DNA of 54,009 nucleotides from IMG/VR virus record IMGVR_UViG_3300018089_000003, positions 1 to 54,009 of that record. One strand, 5' to 3'. Positions 17,660-26,648 of this stretch are shown here, one piece after another. Under the pieces are notes generated by a model. It did not search any database, had not been told where the DNA came from, and saw only the letters and a list, made by a program, of their open reading frames with translations. Position numbers and translations under genes: made by a program. The DNA comes from a virus. Taxonomy: Duplodnaviria; Caudoviricetes. The number at the start of each line of letters is the position of its first letter. Position 1 is the stretch's first letter.

Positions 17660-18048
17660 GCGAGCTCACCACCCCTCTCGTCGGCGTCGGCGTCTCGACC
17701 GTGATCGGCCTCTTCGGCTGGCTCGTCAAGCGCGCCCTGTCGGTGCAGGACCGGGCGCAGGCGGCCCGCGACACAGTGGAGGAGCGGCGGCACGAGGCTA
17801 TCCAGCAGATGCTCCGGGAGCAGAAGGAGTCCCTCCAGACCGAGATCCGCGCGACTCGCTCGGACGTGCGGCTGGTGGTGGGCGAGGTGGCTGAGCACGG
17901 CGAGAAGCTCTCCGGCGCGGCGGTGGCGCTTGATGCCGTCGCCGGCCGGATCACCAGGGCCGAGGCGGAGATCCAGAAGCTGGTCCGCTACGGGTGCGCG
18001 CACCGCCCGTCGTGCAGCGGCGGCGGCGAAGGAGGCAGCGAGGAATGA
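17656..18048 (+). CDS. TM plus coiled-coil lysis-cassette protein
   Basis: N-terminal TM (LVGVGVSTVIGLFGWLV) followed by coiled coil. Confidence 0.55.
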   Translation: MSELTTPLVGVGVSTVIGLFGWLVKRALSVQDRAQAARDTVEERRHEAIQQMLREQKESLQTEIRATRSDVRLVVGEVAEHGEKLSGAAVALDAVAGRITRAEAEIQKLVRYGCAHRPSCSGGGEGGSEE

Positions 18049-18215
18049 CAGATGTGCTCTCGCCAGCTCGAAGCGGTGGACCTGGCGCAGGCCGGGATGA
18101 GGCTCGTCTGGATGACGCTCCAGCTCCTGCCGCCGAGCGACGAGAGGTCCCGGATCGTGCGTGAGATCGCGTCCGCAGTCGCGCGCGCCGTCGAGCTCGC
18201 GAAGAGGGGGAACCA

Positions 18216-18959
18216 GTGATCGTGCTCTCATGGGTTTGGGTGCATCGCGCGGCGGTGGCGGTCGGCGCGTTGGCGCTGGTGGCAGTCACGGCTGTCGCCG
18301 GCTGGAGCCGGGACCGCTCCGCGCTCCAGCAGGCCCGTGCCGAGGCGCAGAAGTTGGCCGAGGCCCAGGGCACGCTCAGGGGCGAGATCGTCGCTCGGGA
18401 GGCCAAGGCGCGCGACATGGAGGCCGCTGCAGCGAGCCTGCGAGACGAGATCGATCGGGTGAAGCGGGAGGCTCCGGGGGCGAAGATCGTCTACGTGGAC
18501 CGGCTCGTCACCGGCCCCTCGCAGGCGCACGGCGCGCCGCGGCCGGAGCCGACGATCCCGGCGGCGCAGCACCCGTGCCCTCCCTGCCTCCTCGCCGAGG
18601 GCGACTCCGGGCACGTGGATGTGACGACGTCTGGCCTCGAGACGCGCGCCGGGAATCGGGTGGTGGTGGGCCGAGCGGCGTGCATGCGGGATGCGCCTGC
18701 GCCGCCCACGGAGGTGCTCTCCGGGACGTTCAGTGCGCCCCTGTCGGTCTCGCTCGAGGAGCCGCATCCGCTCCCGGCGCCAGCGCGGCCGCGCTTCTCC
18801 CTCGCGGGCGGTCCGGCGTGGAGTTTGTTGCGGGGCATCCCGAACGGTGGCGGCGGGTCGCTCGGACTGCGCGTCATCGGCGGGTGGTGGATCGAGACGG
18901 GCGGAGTAGCGACCAGCGACAGCTCAGCGGCGTTCGCCTGGCTGCGGAAGGAGTGGTGA
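18216..18959 (+). CDS. Spanin-like protein
   Basis: N-terminal TM, coiled coil, Pro-rich linker, C-terminal amphipathic beta-strands ending in Trp. Confidence 0.55.
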   Translation: MIVLSWVWVHRAAVAVGALALVAVTAVAGWSRDRSALQQARAEAQKLAEAQGTLRGEIVAREAKARDMEAAAASLRDEIDRVKREAPGAKIVYVDRLVTGPSQAHGAPRPEPTIPAAQHPCPPCLLAEGDSGHVDVTTSGLETRAGNRVVVGRAACMRDAPAPPTEVLSGTFSAPLSVSLEEPHPLPAPARPRFSLAGGPAWSLLRGIPNGGGGSLGLRVIGGWWIETGGVATSDSSAAFAWLRKEW

Positions 18960-21310
18960 TGGGAACCGGCACGGGCAAGCAGGTGATCTCGGACCTCTCG
19001 GACTTCCCTGCCAAGCAGGACGTCGGAGGCGCCACGCACGCGGTGAAAGACTGGCTCGACCTGTTGGCGCCGCTCGCATCGCCGACCTTCACCGGCTCGC
19101 CCACGGTGCCCGGCTACGCCCCCCTCGCCTCCCCCGCCTTCACGGGCGCGCCCACGGGCGACTTCTCGGCCGGGTCGATCCTCCCCTCCGGCTCCTCCAC
19201 CGCACGGACGCTGGCGGCGCACCTCTCCGGCTGGATCAACACCACCACGGCGACCCTGGCCGCGGATGCGACGGAGGCGGCTGCGCAGGGGATCGGGCTG
19301 CTCGTCGCACGGCCCGTCACCATCACGACCGCGATCAACCTCGGCGCGGTCCCGGTGCGGCGCGAGGGAGGCGGGAAGTTCGTGGTGAACACCGGGGGCT
19401 CGCTCACCGGTACCGGCCCCCTGGAAGCCGGGCTCTCGCTGCTGTTCGACACGTCGGGCGGCGGGACTGTGACGTTCGCGTGGAAGGTCGATGTCGTTTA
19501 CCCGCAGTGGTGGGGGGCGCTAAGCGACGAAAGCCACGACGACACGACGGCGGTGCAGGCCGCCTTCGATGCCGCGACCTCCATGGCGGCGACCTGGGGT
19601 AGCGCGACCGTTCGCACGCCGCCAGGCATCAACGGCAAAGGATACCTGATCACGAACACCGTGATCCTTCACCCGGGCGCCAGCCTGGACATGGCCGGGG
19701 GGCACTTCCTCTATTCGGGCACCTTCGATCGCGCCGCCCTCCAGATAGGCGACCTGACGGCAGACACCTACGCCAAGGAATTCAGGCGCATCCATGTGGA
19801 GTCTGCCGCCGGCAATACGTTCACGAACGAAGCGTACGTGGGCGTTAAATTCGAGCGGCTGGTGAGGTCCAAGGTACACATAGCCAAGGCCGGAAACTTC
19901 ACGATCAGCGCACAGCTATGGGGGACGCAGGTAGCATATAACACGTTCTTCGTTGGTGACCTGTTGAACGCGCTCGTGCATCTCGACGTGAACTGCGGGG
20001 AGATCAGTTCCTTCATCAACGAAAACGTCTTCATCGGCGGCCGATACGGGAACGATTCCAGCTACCCGGCCGCGGTGAACAGCTACGGGATCCGGTTCAC
20101 CGCAGCGTCTGGCGCGTACCACACCAACAACAACAATGTCTTTCTCAAGCCCTGCTTCGAGTTGACTGACGGTAACGTGGGCGTGGAGCGCATCCCCTGG
20201 TATATCAACGGGGCAGGCATCTACAACACGATCGAGAACGCTAGAGCAGAGAACGGGCGCGGGCCGGTGCTCAAGTGCGTCGGAACGACGAGCGGCGCCC
20301 CCGCATACGGTAACCGCATGTCTCTCGGGTACGGAGCGGGGCCAAACCTGGTGCAGGCCCCGACAAACATCGGCGCGTGGGCCTACGCGAATGTGGTGAC
20401 ATCATCTTCCGTCCTGGCGCCGAACGTTGGCCCATCGTGGGATAGCGGCGATCTGCAAAGCAAGGCGTTCGGCATCACCTCCAACACGATCGCGGTCAAA
20501 GGGCTGTTTACTCAGTTGTCGTCCTCTACCGTTTCCGGGTACGCGAACTTCGGCGAAATCCTGTTCGACTCGGTATCAGTGACCGTGAGTCAGGGGTTCG
20601 GCGTCTACGTCGACACGAGCGTCTTCAAGCAACTCGTCGTGCAGACCCACACCAAGAACGGGCGTGGAGGGCGCATCGGCGTAGTGTGCTACAGCTCCGC
20701 CGGAGCCATACTGGACAACACAGGCCCGAACGCTCCGTACGCGGCGGGCCCTGGCGTCGGCGGGACTGCGGCGTTTGGGTACATCTACAGGACTGGATCC
20801 GACGGCGCGAACCGGATCACGTTCTCGCTCGGCGCTGACGTCGCTTATGTGAAGGTCATCATCTCCGGCGGCTCCAACCCGATCAACCTGACGAGAATCC
20901 AGATCGGGGTCCCAGACATCACGTTCGGCGCGACCGGACTACGAGTGTGGACGGGACTGGGGCAGGACGCGAACTCTGTGTTCTGCTCGGCGAAGCCGGA
21001 CACGTACCTGGGCGGCGGCTTCGCTGCCCGCGGCTTCCCGTGCCTCAACGGCAGCGCTGCGAGCGGCGCCCCGGCGAGCTGGACAGCAACCACCGCCGGA
21101 TGGAACGCGGCTGCGTGGGTCGCCAGCACGGCCTATGTCGTCGACCAGGTGCGGGCCAACGGAGGGAACGTCTACGTGGTGCGGGTGGCCGGCACGGCTG
21201 CCGGCTCTGGGGGCCCCACCGGGACCGGAACCGGGATCGTCGATGGCGGGGTCACGTGGGACTACGTCGGGCCCGCGGCGGTGTTCGCGACGAGCCCGAA
21301 CCTGCTCTAG
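18959..21310 (+). CDS. Tailspike / receptor-binding protein, probable beta-helix depolymerase
   Basis: APLASP.FTG repeats, VYPQWWGA..D...DDTTAVQAA beta-helix entry, Asn-rich repeats, C-terminal W.ASTAY...VY...DGGVTW.YVG domain; start 18959 by TGATG coupling. Confidence 0.8.
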   Translation: MGTGTGKQVISDLSDFPAKQDVGGATHAVKDWLDLLAPLASPTFTGSPTVPGYAPLASPAFTGAPTGDFSAGSILPSGSSTARTLAAHLSGWINTTTATLAADATEAAAQGIGLLVARPVTITTAINLGAVPVRREGGGKFVVNTGGSLTGTGPLEAGLSLLFDTSGGGTVTFAWKVDVVYPQWWGALSDESHDDTTAVQAAFDAATSMAATWGSATVRTPPGINGKGYLITNTVILHPGASLDMAGGHFLYSGTFDRAALQIGDLTADTYAKEFRRIHVESAAGNTFTNEAYVGVKFERLVRSKVHIAKAGNFTISAQLWGTQVAYNTFFVGDLLNALVHLDVNCGEISSFINENVFIGGRYGNDSSYPAAVNSYGIRFTAASGAYHTNNNNVFLKPCFELTDGNVGVERIPWYINGAGIYNTIENARAENGRGPVLKCVGTTSGAPAYGNRMSLGYGAGPNLVQAPTNIGAWAYANVVTSSSVLAPNVGPSWDSGDLQSKAFGITSNTIAVKGLFTQLSSSTVSGYANFGEILFDSVSVTVSQGFGVYVDTSVFKQLVVQTHTKNGRGGRIGVVCYSSAGAILDNTGPNAPYAAGPGVGGTAAFGYIYRTGSDGANRITFSLGADVAYVKVIISGGSNPINLTRIQIGVPDITFGATGLRVWTGLGQDANSVFCSAKPDTYLGGGFAARGFPCLNGSAASGAPASWTATTAGWNAAAWVASTAYVVDQVRANGGNVYVVRVAGTAAGSGGPTGTGTGIVDGGVTWDYVGPAAVFATSPNLL

Positions 21311-21729
21311 TAACCGTGCCCCACCGCGACCTCCAGCGCCGCGCGGAGACATTCGCCCGCCAGGCCCGGGACGCGGCGGTGACGGCGCTCGGCGACATCG
21401 AGAGGCACCTACTCCTGAGCTGCGCCGGCCACTGGGACGAGGTGGTCCGGCACGTGGACCGAGCAGTGCGGGCCCGGCAGGCGGCGGAGAGGGCGCGGAG
21501 GAGCGGGGGATGAGAAGACGAAGGCCACGCCGGGTCCGAACCGACGTGGCCTTCGATGTCGTCCGGCCTACTGACGTAGGCGCCTGATGTGCGAAGGATA
21601 CCATGGGACTATCGCCGCAGCCACCGCGCGAGCAGCAGGATCGCCACCATCCCCACGGCGCAGAACAGGGCCATCCTCGCTTCGGCTCGATGCCTCATCC
21701 CCCGAGCCTGCCACGCGGCGGCCCGCTCG

Positions 21730-22116
21730 TCACCCTGGCGATCGTGGGACGCGCGCGCATCCCGGCTCGTGCGGCGCCGCACCGGGGAGCGCCAGCAGCC
21801 TCGGGCTCGCCGTGTGGTGGCAGGCCTCGCAGCGGAGCAGGTCCGGGCTGTCGCGCAGGTACTCCCAGCCGGGGTGGTCGGGGTCGGCGAGCCAGCCGGG
21901 AGGCGCCCTGTTCCGCGCCAGCGGCGTGACGACCCAGGCGTCCAGGCCCCCGCACAGCCAGCCGGACACGCGGTCGCTGAACACGAGCCGCCCGTCCACG
22001 ACCAGCACGGCGTACCCGGCTGAGCGGTGCATCGCTGCGAGCGCCTCGGCCTCGTTCGCGCCGAGCCAGACGCCGCAGCCGAAGCCGTCCTTGGTCTCGA
22101 TCCGGTACGCTGCCAT
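21730..22116 (-). CDS. Hypothetical protein
   Basis: 128 aa, GGAGG RBS, own putative promoter. Confidence 0.55.
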   Translation of the reverse strand: MAAYRIETKDGFGCGVWLGANEAEALAAMHRSAGYAVLVVDGRLVFSDRVSGWLCGGLDAWVVTPLARNRAPPGWLADPDHPGWEYLRDSPDLLRCEACHHTASPRLLALPGAAPHEPGCARVPRSPG

Positions 22117-22142
22117 GGGTGACCTCCGAAGTGGGGTCGGAC

Positions 22143-22171
22143 GGTCTACACGAGCTGCCGGCGGGCGTCAC
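22143..22171 (-). promoter_or_regulatory. Putative sigma70-type promoter
   Basis: GTGACG-N17-TAGACC on minus strand, similar to promoter at 24155-24183. Confidence 0.4.
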
Positions 22172-22205
22172 CAGGCCGGGGCTGGCTAGGCCGGCGCTCG
22201 CAGCG

Positions 22206-22865
22206 TCAGACATCCAACCCCATGGCGACGCGAGCGCCAAGCATGACGGCGCCGCCGAATGTGTTCCCGGAGTGCCCGCTGTCGAACGGGACCAGCTTCC
22301 GCTGCTCATCGCAAGATAACGCCCGGAAGCCATCGACTTCCTTGCGCGCCTCCTCCTTCGTTTTGCCCAGCAGCCGCGGCCGGAAATAGTCGGCGAACTT
22401 CACGGCCTCGGTGCAGCAAAACAGTTCATACGCGCCGGAGTCCAGAAAGAATGGCTCGAACCCTCCGGCTTCGACGACGAACCGATCCATGCGGGCCTTG
22501 AGCGGCGGAGGCAAGGCGTCCAGTTCGGTCCGCCATACGTGATGATTCGCGTCGTACTCCAGGCGCCTCTTCGCGGCGATCTCAGCCAACTGTTCCTGCC
22601 GGTCGCGCTCCATTGCGGCGGCATCCTTGAACCACAGCACGTACCCATCCACGCGCATACCCTGTATCGGAAAGCCGATCCTGCCGGCCACTTCCGCCAC
22701 GTCTCCGACGTGGACGCGGGGCGAATACTGCGCATCGAGGCAAAAGCTCCACCCCGTGTCCAGCGTGATGTACGAGCAGGTGTCGCCGGCCTCCACCGCG
22801 GTGATCTTGCCGCCGCTCCACTCGGCGCTCGCTATGGTATCGGCGTATCGCATTGTTATCTCCAT
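22206..22865 (-). CDS. Hypothetical protein, visibly lower GC
   Basis: 219 aa, AGGAG RBS, GHSGNTFG motif. Confidence 0.7.
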   Translation of the reverse strand: MEITMRYADTIASAEWSGGKITAVEAGDTCSYITLDTGWSFCLDAQYSPRVHVGDVAEVAGRIGFPIQGMRVDGYVLWFKDAAAMERDRQEQLAEIAAKRRLEYDANHHVWRTELDALPPPLKARMDRFVVEAGGFEPFFLDSGAYELFCCTEAVKFADYFRPRLLGKTKEEARKEVDGFRALSCDEQRKLVPFDSGHSGNTFGGAVMLGARVAMGLDV

Positions 22866-22880
22866 GGTGGGTCTCCTTTC

Positions 22881-23147
22881 TTACCTTCTCCACCTCTCGA
22901 TCGCCTGCGCCGCCCTCTCGAGCCACGCCGGCACCTCCCGGAGCGCGTACCTCCAGCGGCCGTCCTCGCAGCGGCGGGAGACGATCCGGAGGCCTCCGGC
23001 GCGCAGGCCGCGGAGGAGCCGATCGACGCCGCGGGGGTCCAGGCCCAGCGCCTGGCAGAGCTCCTCCGCGCGCTGGGGCTGCTCGGCGAGGAGGCGGGCG
23101 GCCTCTGTGCTCCGGCGCCAGACTTCGTGTTGGGGGATGCTCGGCAT
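22881..23147 (-). CDS. Small HTH-like protein
   Basis: AEELCQALGLDPRGVDRLLRGLR winged-HTH pattern. Confidence 0.55.
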   Translation of the reverse strand: MPSIPQHEVWRRSTEAARLLAEQPQRAEELCQALGLDPRGVDRLLRGLRAGGLRIVSRRCEDGRWRYALREVPAWLERAAQAIERWRR

Positions 23148-23428
23148 CAGCGGAGCCCTCGTGGCAGCTCGGCGATCACGGCGCCGTTATCGCCTATTAC
23201 TCGGACGGTGACGCACTGGCGTCCGCGCGTGCCGAGCACTCCGGAGCAGGAGCAATCCGACATCCCGCAGAGCTTCTTACGGGCGCGACTCGCCTGGGAC
23301 GCCGAGAGCTCAATCCAGGTTTCGCCGGCCTCTATGGCGGTGGCCGGGTTGGCAAGGCGGACGCGGATCGGGGTGGCGCGGACCGTGGCGATGGTGCCGT
23401 GGAAGTCGTTGCGAAGCGTGTAGAGCAT
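23147..23428 (-). CDS. Hypothetical protein
   Basis: 93 aa, GGAG RBS, LCG..DC.C motif. Confidence 0.6.
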   Translation of the reverse strand: MLYTLRNDFHGTIATVRATPIRVRLANPATAIEAGETWIELSASQASRARKKLCGMSDCSCSGVLGTRGRQCVTVRVIGDNGAVIAELPRGLR

Positions 23429-23459
23429 GGTCCGTCTCTCCGTGTGGTGGGGCGCCCCG

Positions 23460-23864
23460 TTAGCGCTCCTCGATCGGTCTGCTCAGGCCGCCCCAGGTGC
23501 GGCCCGTCTCGGTCCGGCCGGTCCAGCGCTCGCGGCACCGGGCGCCGCGCAGGGCTGCGCGGGATGCGAGCGCACCGGCCGTGTCCCCCTCGCTGTTGGC
23601 CTCGGCATACGCCCGCAGGATGGGGCGCGCGTTCACGGGGACGACCCGTGCTCCGTGGGGGTGGTGGTTGGTGGCGCGCGGATATCTGCGGGCGTGATCG
23701 TTGCGGCGCCGGACGGCGCCTCGCTCGGTGTAGCAGAGATCCCAGATGCGGCCGCTGTCGTCCACAACCGCAAACTGATACCGCTCCGCGCGCGGCAGGA
23801 TCAGGTCGATGCGCCACCCGTCGATGCCGCCAGGGATGTGGGCGACGCTGCTGTAGGTCGTCAT
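23460..23864 (-). CDS. Hypothetical protein
   Basis: ATG at 23864 after AAGGAG RBS. Confidence 0.55.
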   Translation of the reverse strand: MTTYSSVAHIPGGIDGWRIDLILPRAERYQFAVVDDSGRIWDLCYTERGAVRRRNDHARRYPRATNHHPHGARVVPVNARPILRAYAEANSEGDTAGALASRAALRGARCRERWTGRTETGRTWGGLSRPIEER

Positions 23865-23914
23865 GGTCGTCTCCTTGTTCGGTGGGGCGCCCCGGGGTGG
23901 GGCGCCCGAGGCGT

Positions 23915-24112
23915 TCAGTTCAGGGACACGCGGCCATCCGGGTAGACGTAGCCGATCGGGCCCCAGGACCACTTACGGCTGTCGGCGGGATAGAGCGTGG
24001 CCTTCTCGCTGCGCCGAGCGCAGTGCGCCTGGATCTGCTCGATCGCCCCGTCGATCGTCCCGGTGAGCGCGCCCGCGTCGGTGATGATTGCGTGGTAGCT
24101 CGTCGTCGCCAT
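23915..24112 (-). CDS. Hypothetical protein
   Basis: 65 aa, GAGGGAG RBS, directly behind strong promoter. Confidence 0.6.
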   Translation of the reverse strand: MATTSYHAIITDAGALTGTIDGAIEQIQAHCARRSEKATLYPADSRKWSWGPIGYVYPDGRVSLN

Positions 24113-24142
24113 CGTCGCTCTCCCTCGCGGCTCCGTGCCGCT

Positions 24143-24183
24143 GTCGATGGTGGGAATCTACACCTTCCATCGACGGACGTCAA
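24143..24183 (-). promoter_or_regulatory. Sigma70-type promoter with overlapping inverted repeat
   Basis: TTGACG-N17-TAGATT; GTCGATGG...CCATCGAC inverted repeat brackets the -10. Confidence 0.7.
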
Positions 24184-24254
24184 CTTTGTTTCGAGGCCTT
24201 CTCCGTGGGGCCCCGCCAGACCGGAGGAGGGGGAGAGGAAGACCGGGTCGTATC

Positions 24255-24457
24255 TTGTGCCCCTGTTGTGCCCGTCCTTGGCGACCGCTGGGAGAGTAGG
24301 CCAGAAAGAGTGGGGCGCCCGGGACTCGAACCCGAGCGCACGGGCTAAGCCGGCGTCCTCACACGCCCTGTTTTCGGGAGCTTACGGGCGTCTCGGGGCG
24401 TGCAGCGCCCTCCGAAAACCCTCCGGAGGTGGTGCCGGGCACTAAGAGCTTGTGCCC
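24255..24457. mobile_element. attP: tRNA 3'-end core with arm-type repeats
   Basis: Minus strand 24311-24336 reads TCGGG-TTCGAGT-CCCGG-GCGCCCC-A (T-arm plus acceptor 3' strand); TTGTGCCC at 24255, 24266 and 24450 flanks it; adjacent to integrase 3' end. Confidence 0.8.
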
Positions 24458-25606
24458 GCTCCGGCGGTGCACCTTGAGCTTCTGCAGCTCCTCGCAGAGC
24501 CGGCGCCAGTCCGCGTCCCGGTAGGCGCCGAGAATGTCGCCCGGGCGCCCGTGCGTGCCCCAGTACAGGATCGCCGTGTCGGCCCCGTCCGCCTCAGCGA
24601 GCCCTAGGAACGTGCGCCGCAGGTCGTGGACGCGCCTGTGTCGAAGCTGGAGGGCCTCTAGGTGGCGATCCAGGCGCTTCCAGGTGAAGTCCTTGGTGCG
24701 CATGCGAGCGTCGCCCTGGATGAGCGCTGGGCGTCTCCCGCGCGCGAGGCGGGCGGGAAGGGGAAGCACAAGGTCATCATCGGCCGGCGGGCGGCCCATC
24801 AGCGCCGGCCAGCCGGACAGCCTCCATTCGGCCAGAACAGCGCCTAGCACGGGATGGGCGGGCATGAGCCGCGTCTTGCCCGCCTTCGTCTTCGAGCGCC
24901 GGTTGCTGTTCGCGATGAGGAGCCCGGGGAGCGGCTCGCGCGCCGTCAGGTGCCGCCAGCGGAGCGCCGCGAGCTCGCCGTGCCGGAGCGCCCCCAGGCC
25001 GAGCAGGGCGTAGGTCACGGTGGCGTCGGGCTCGATGAGCGGGTCGGGCGAGATGAGCCGCTCGAGCTCCGGCTTCGTGAAGCGCGCGCTCTCGCGCCAC
25101 TCGCTGTCCGCGTCTTCGATCGCCGGCAGGTGGGCGGGGCGGCGCAGGATGCACGGGGTCGTTTCGATGAGCCCCCGGACCGCCGCGTCCCGGAACATGC
25201 TCGAGAGGGTCGAGTAGCGGTTGCGGACGGAGCGCGGGGCGCCTTGCCAGGACTCGGCGAGCTCGAGGACGTGGCGGGGGCGCACGTCGGCGAGGAGCAT
25301 GCCGCCGATGCGCGGGAGGATATGGTTCGCGAGGAGCGACTCATCATCCTTCCGGGAGTGGCCGCGCCGCTCGAGCCAGCGCTTCGACCAGGCGTGGACG
25401 GTGACTGGACCGTCCGTTCCGCCGCCGAGCGCGGCCTCCTCGGCAAGGATCTTCTCGCGGAGTTGGGCGAGGAGCGCCTCGGCCTTCTTCTCCTCGCCCG
25501 GGAGGTACTTGGTGCTGATCTGGCGCCAGCGACCGTGCCGGAAGACCGCGATGTACAGGTGCCGCTTGCCCTTCCGCTGGAAGACGCTGCCCCGCCAATC
25601 GCGCAT
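24359..25606 (-). CDS. int: Tyrosine integrase
   Basis: Catalytic R (LRHGE), K, HDLRR, H (THG), Y residues; next to att and xis. Confidence 0.92.
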   Translation of the reverse strand: MRDWRGSVFQRKGKRHLYIAVFRHGRWRQISTKYLPGEEKKAEALLAQLREKILAEEAALGGGTDGPVTVHAWSKRWLERRGHSRKDDESLLANHILPRIGGMLLADVRPRHVLELAESWQGAPRSVRNRYSTLSSMFRDAAVRGLIETTPCILRRPAHLPAIEDADSEWRESARFTKPELERLISPDPLIEPDATVTYALLGLGALRHGELAALRWRHLTAREPLPGLLIANSNRRSKTKAGKTRLMPAHPVLGAVLAEWRLSGWPALMGRPPADDDLVLPLPARLARGRRPALIQGDARMRTKDFTWKRLDRHLEALQLRHRRVHDLRRTFLGLAEADGADTAILYWGTHGRPGDILGAYRDADWRRLCEELQKLKVHRRSGHKLLVPGTTSGGFSEGAARPETPVSSRKQGV

Positions 25607-25617
25607 GGCGGGCGACC

Positions 25618-25944
25618 CTACCCGAGCCGGCGCAGGGCGTCATCAACCTCGGAGGCACAGGCGTTCCGGGCGGCCTCGACCTGGGCGCGCGTGAACCGCC
25701 ACGAACGGCCCTGTTTCGTGCCCCGGATGCGACCCTCAGCGGCCCAGGCCCGGAGCGTCTTGGGGCGGATCCCGAGCGCATCGGCTGCGGCCTCGCTCGT
25801 CATCGGGCGCTCGTTCGCCGGCTGCAGCTCGGCGAGGGCTTGGCGGAGCTCCTCTCGCACGGCGACCCGCACGGCCTGGGCGATCGTCTCTTCGAGGCTC
25901 ATCAGGGCTCGCTCCTCTGTCTCTCGACGCTCACGGGGAGCCAC
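25618..25944 (-). CDS. xis: Excisionase-like HTH protein
   Basis: MTSEAAADALGIRPKTLRAWAAEGRI.G.KQGRSWRF. Confidence 0.8.
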   Translation of the reverse strand: MAPRERRETEERALMSLEETIAQAVRVAVREELRQALAELQPANERPMTSEAAADALGIRPKTLRAWAAEGRIRGTKQGRSWRFTRAQVEAARNACASEVDDALRRLG

Positions 25945-26336
25945 CGGGACGCGAGCTGCGCACGCGCTTCCAAACCGTGGCGATCACGGGGAGCCGCCCC
26001 GCGGCGCCGTCCAAATAGCCGACCACAACGGTCTCGCTCGTGTATGTGACCGCGCTGTCGCAACGCGGGCAGCCGCCGGTCAGTAGCTCGCCGCCGCAGT
26101 AGAGGCACCTCACCGCCCAGCTCCTTCTCCGCCCGCGGGGGAGCGGCGCCCGGACCAAACGCCACCCTTCATCGGCGCCCCCGTCTCATAGCGGAGCGCG
26201 CACTCTCGCCGCCGGCCGGCCCGGAGCACCCTCGCCAGCCTCCGCTTGAGCCTTTCGTTCTCGCGGCGGAGGCTGGCGTGGTCGGCCACCAATTCATGGA
26301 GGGCCGCCGTTTGAACGATGTCTGCGGCGTCGCCCA

Positions 26337-26648
26337 TCACACCCTCCTCGAAACGCGGTAGTACCTGCGGGGCCGCCCGCCCCGTTCCTCCATCGCCTCG
26401 GCCACCTCGTAGCTCTCGAGCCGCCCCTGACGCTCGAGCCTGCGCAGGATCGGGTAGAGCCTGTGGAGCGGCTGTGGGCAGCCGTCTGCGGCGAGCCGCA
26501 CGTGGAGGCCGAGAGCGGTGTTGTCCTGCTCAGCCAGGAGGCGGACCAGGAGTTCAGACAGGGCCCATCCGAGCAACCGGCAGAGGCCCCAGTAGGCGAG
26601 AGCGCCCAGGGCGACGACGGCCACGAGCACAGCACAGAGCGGATCCAT
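26337..26648 (-). CDS. Membrane-anchored PadR-like wHTH protein
   Basis: N-terminal hydrophobic helix; LYPILRRLERQG.LES...GRPRRYYRV. Confidence 0.6.
   Translation of the reverse strand: MDPLCAVLVAVVALGALAYWGLCRLLGWALSELLVRLLAEQDNTALGLHVRLAADGCPQPLHRLYPILRRLERQGRLESYEVAEAMEERGGRPRRYYRVSRRV

Noticed and set aside
19066-19156. Repeated APLASP.FTG.PT coding unit as a special repeat element
   Set aside because: Ordinary tail-fibre shaft repeat.
24290-24400. Complete tRNA gene
   Set aside because: Only the T-arm and acceptor 3' strand are present; no matching 5' acceptor strand, D-arm or CCA. Treated as att core.
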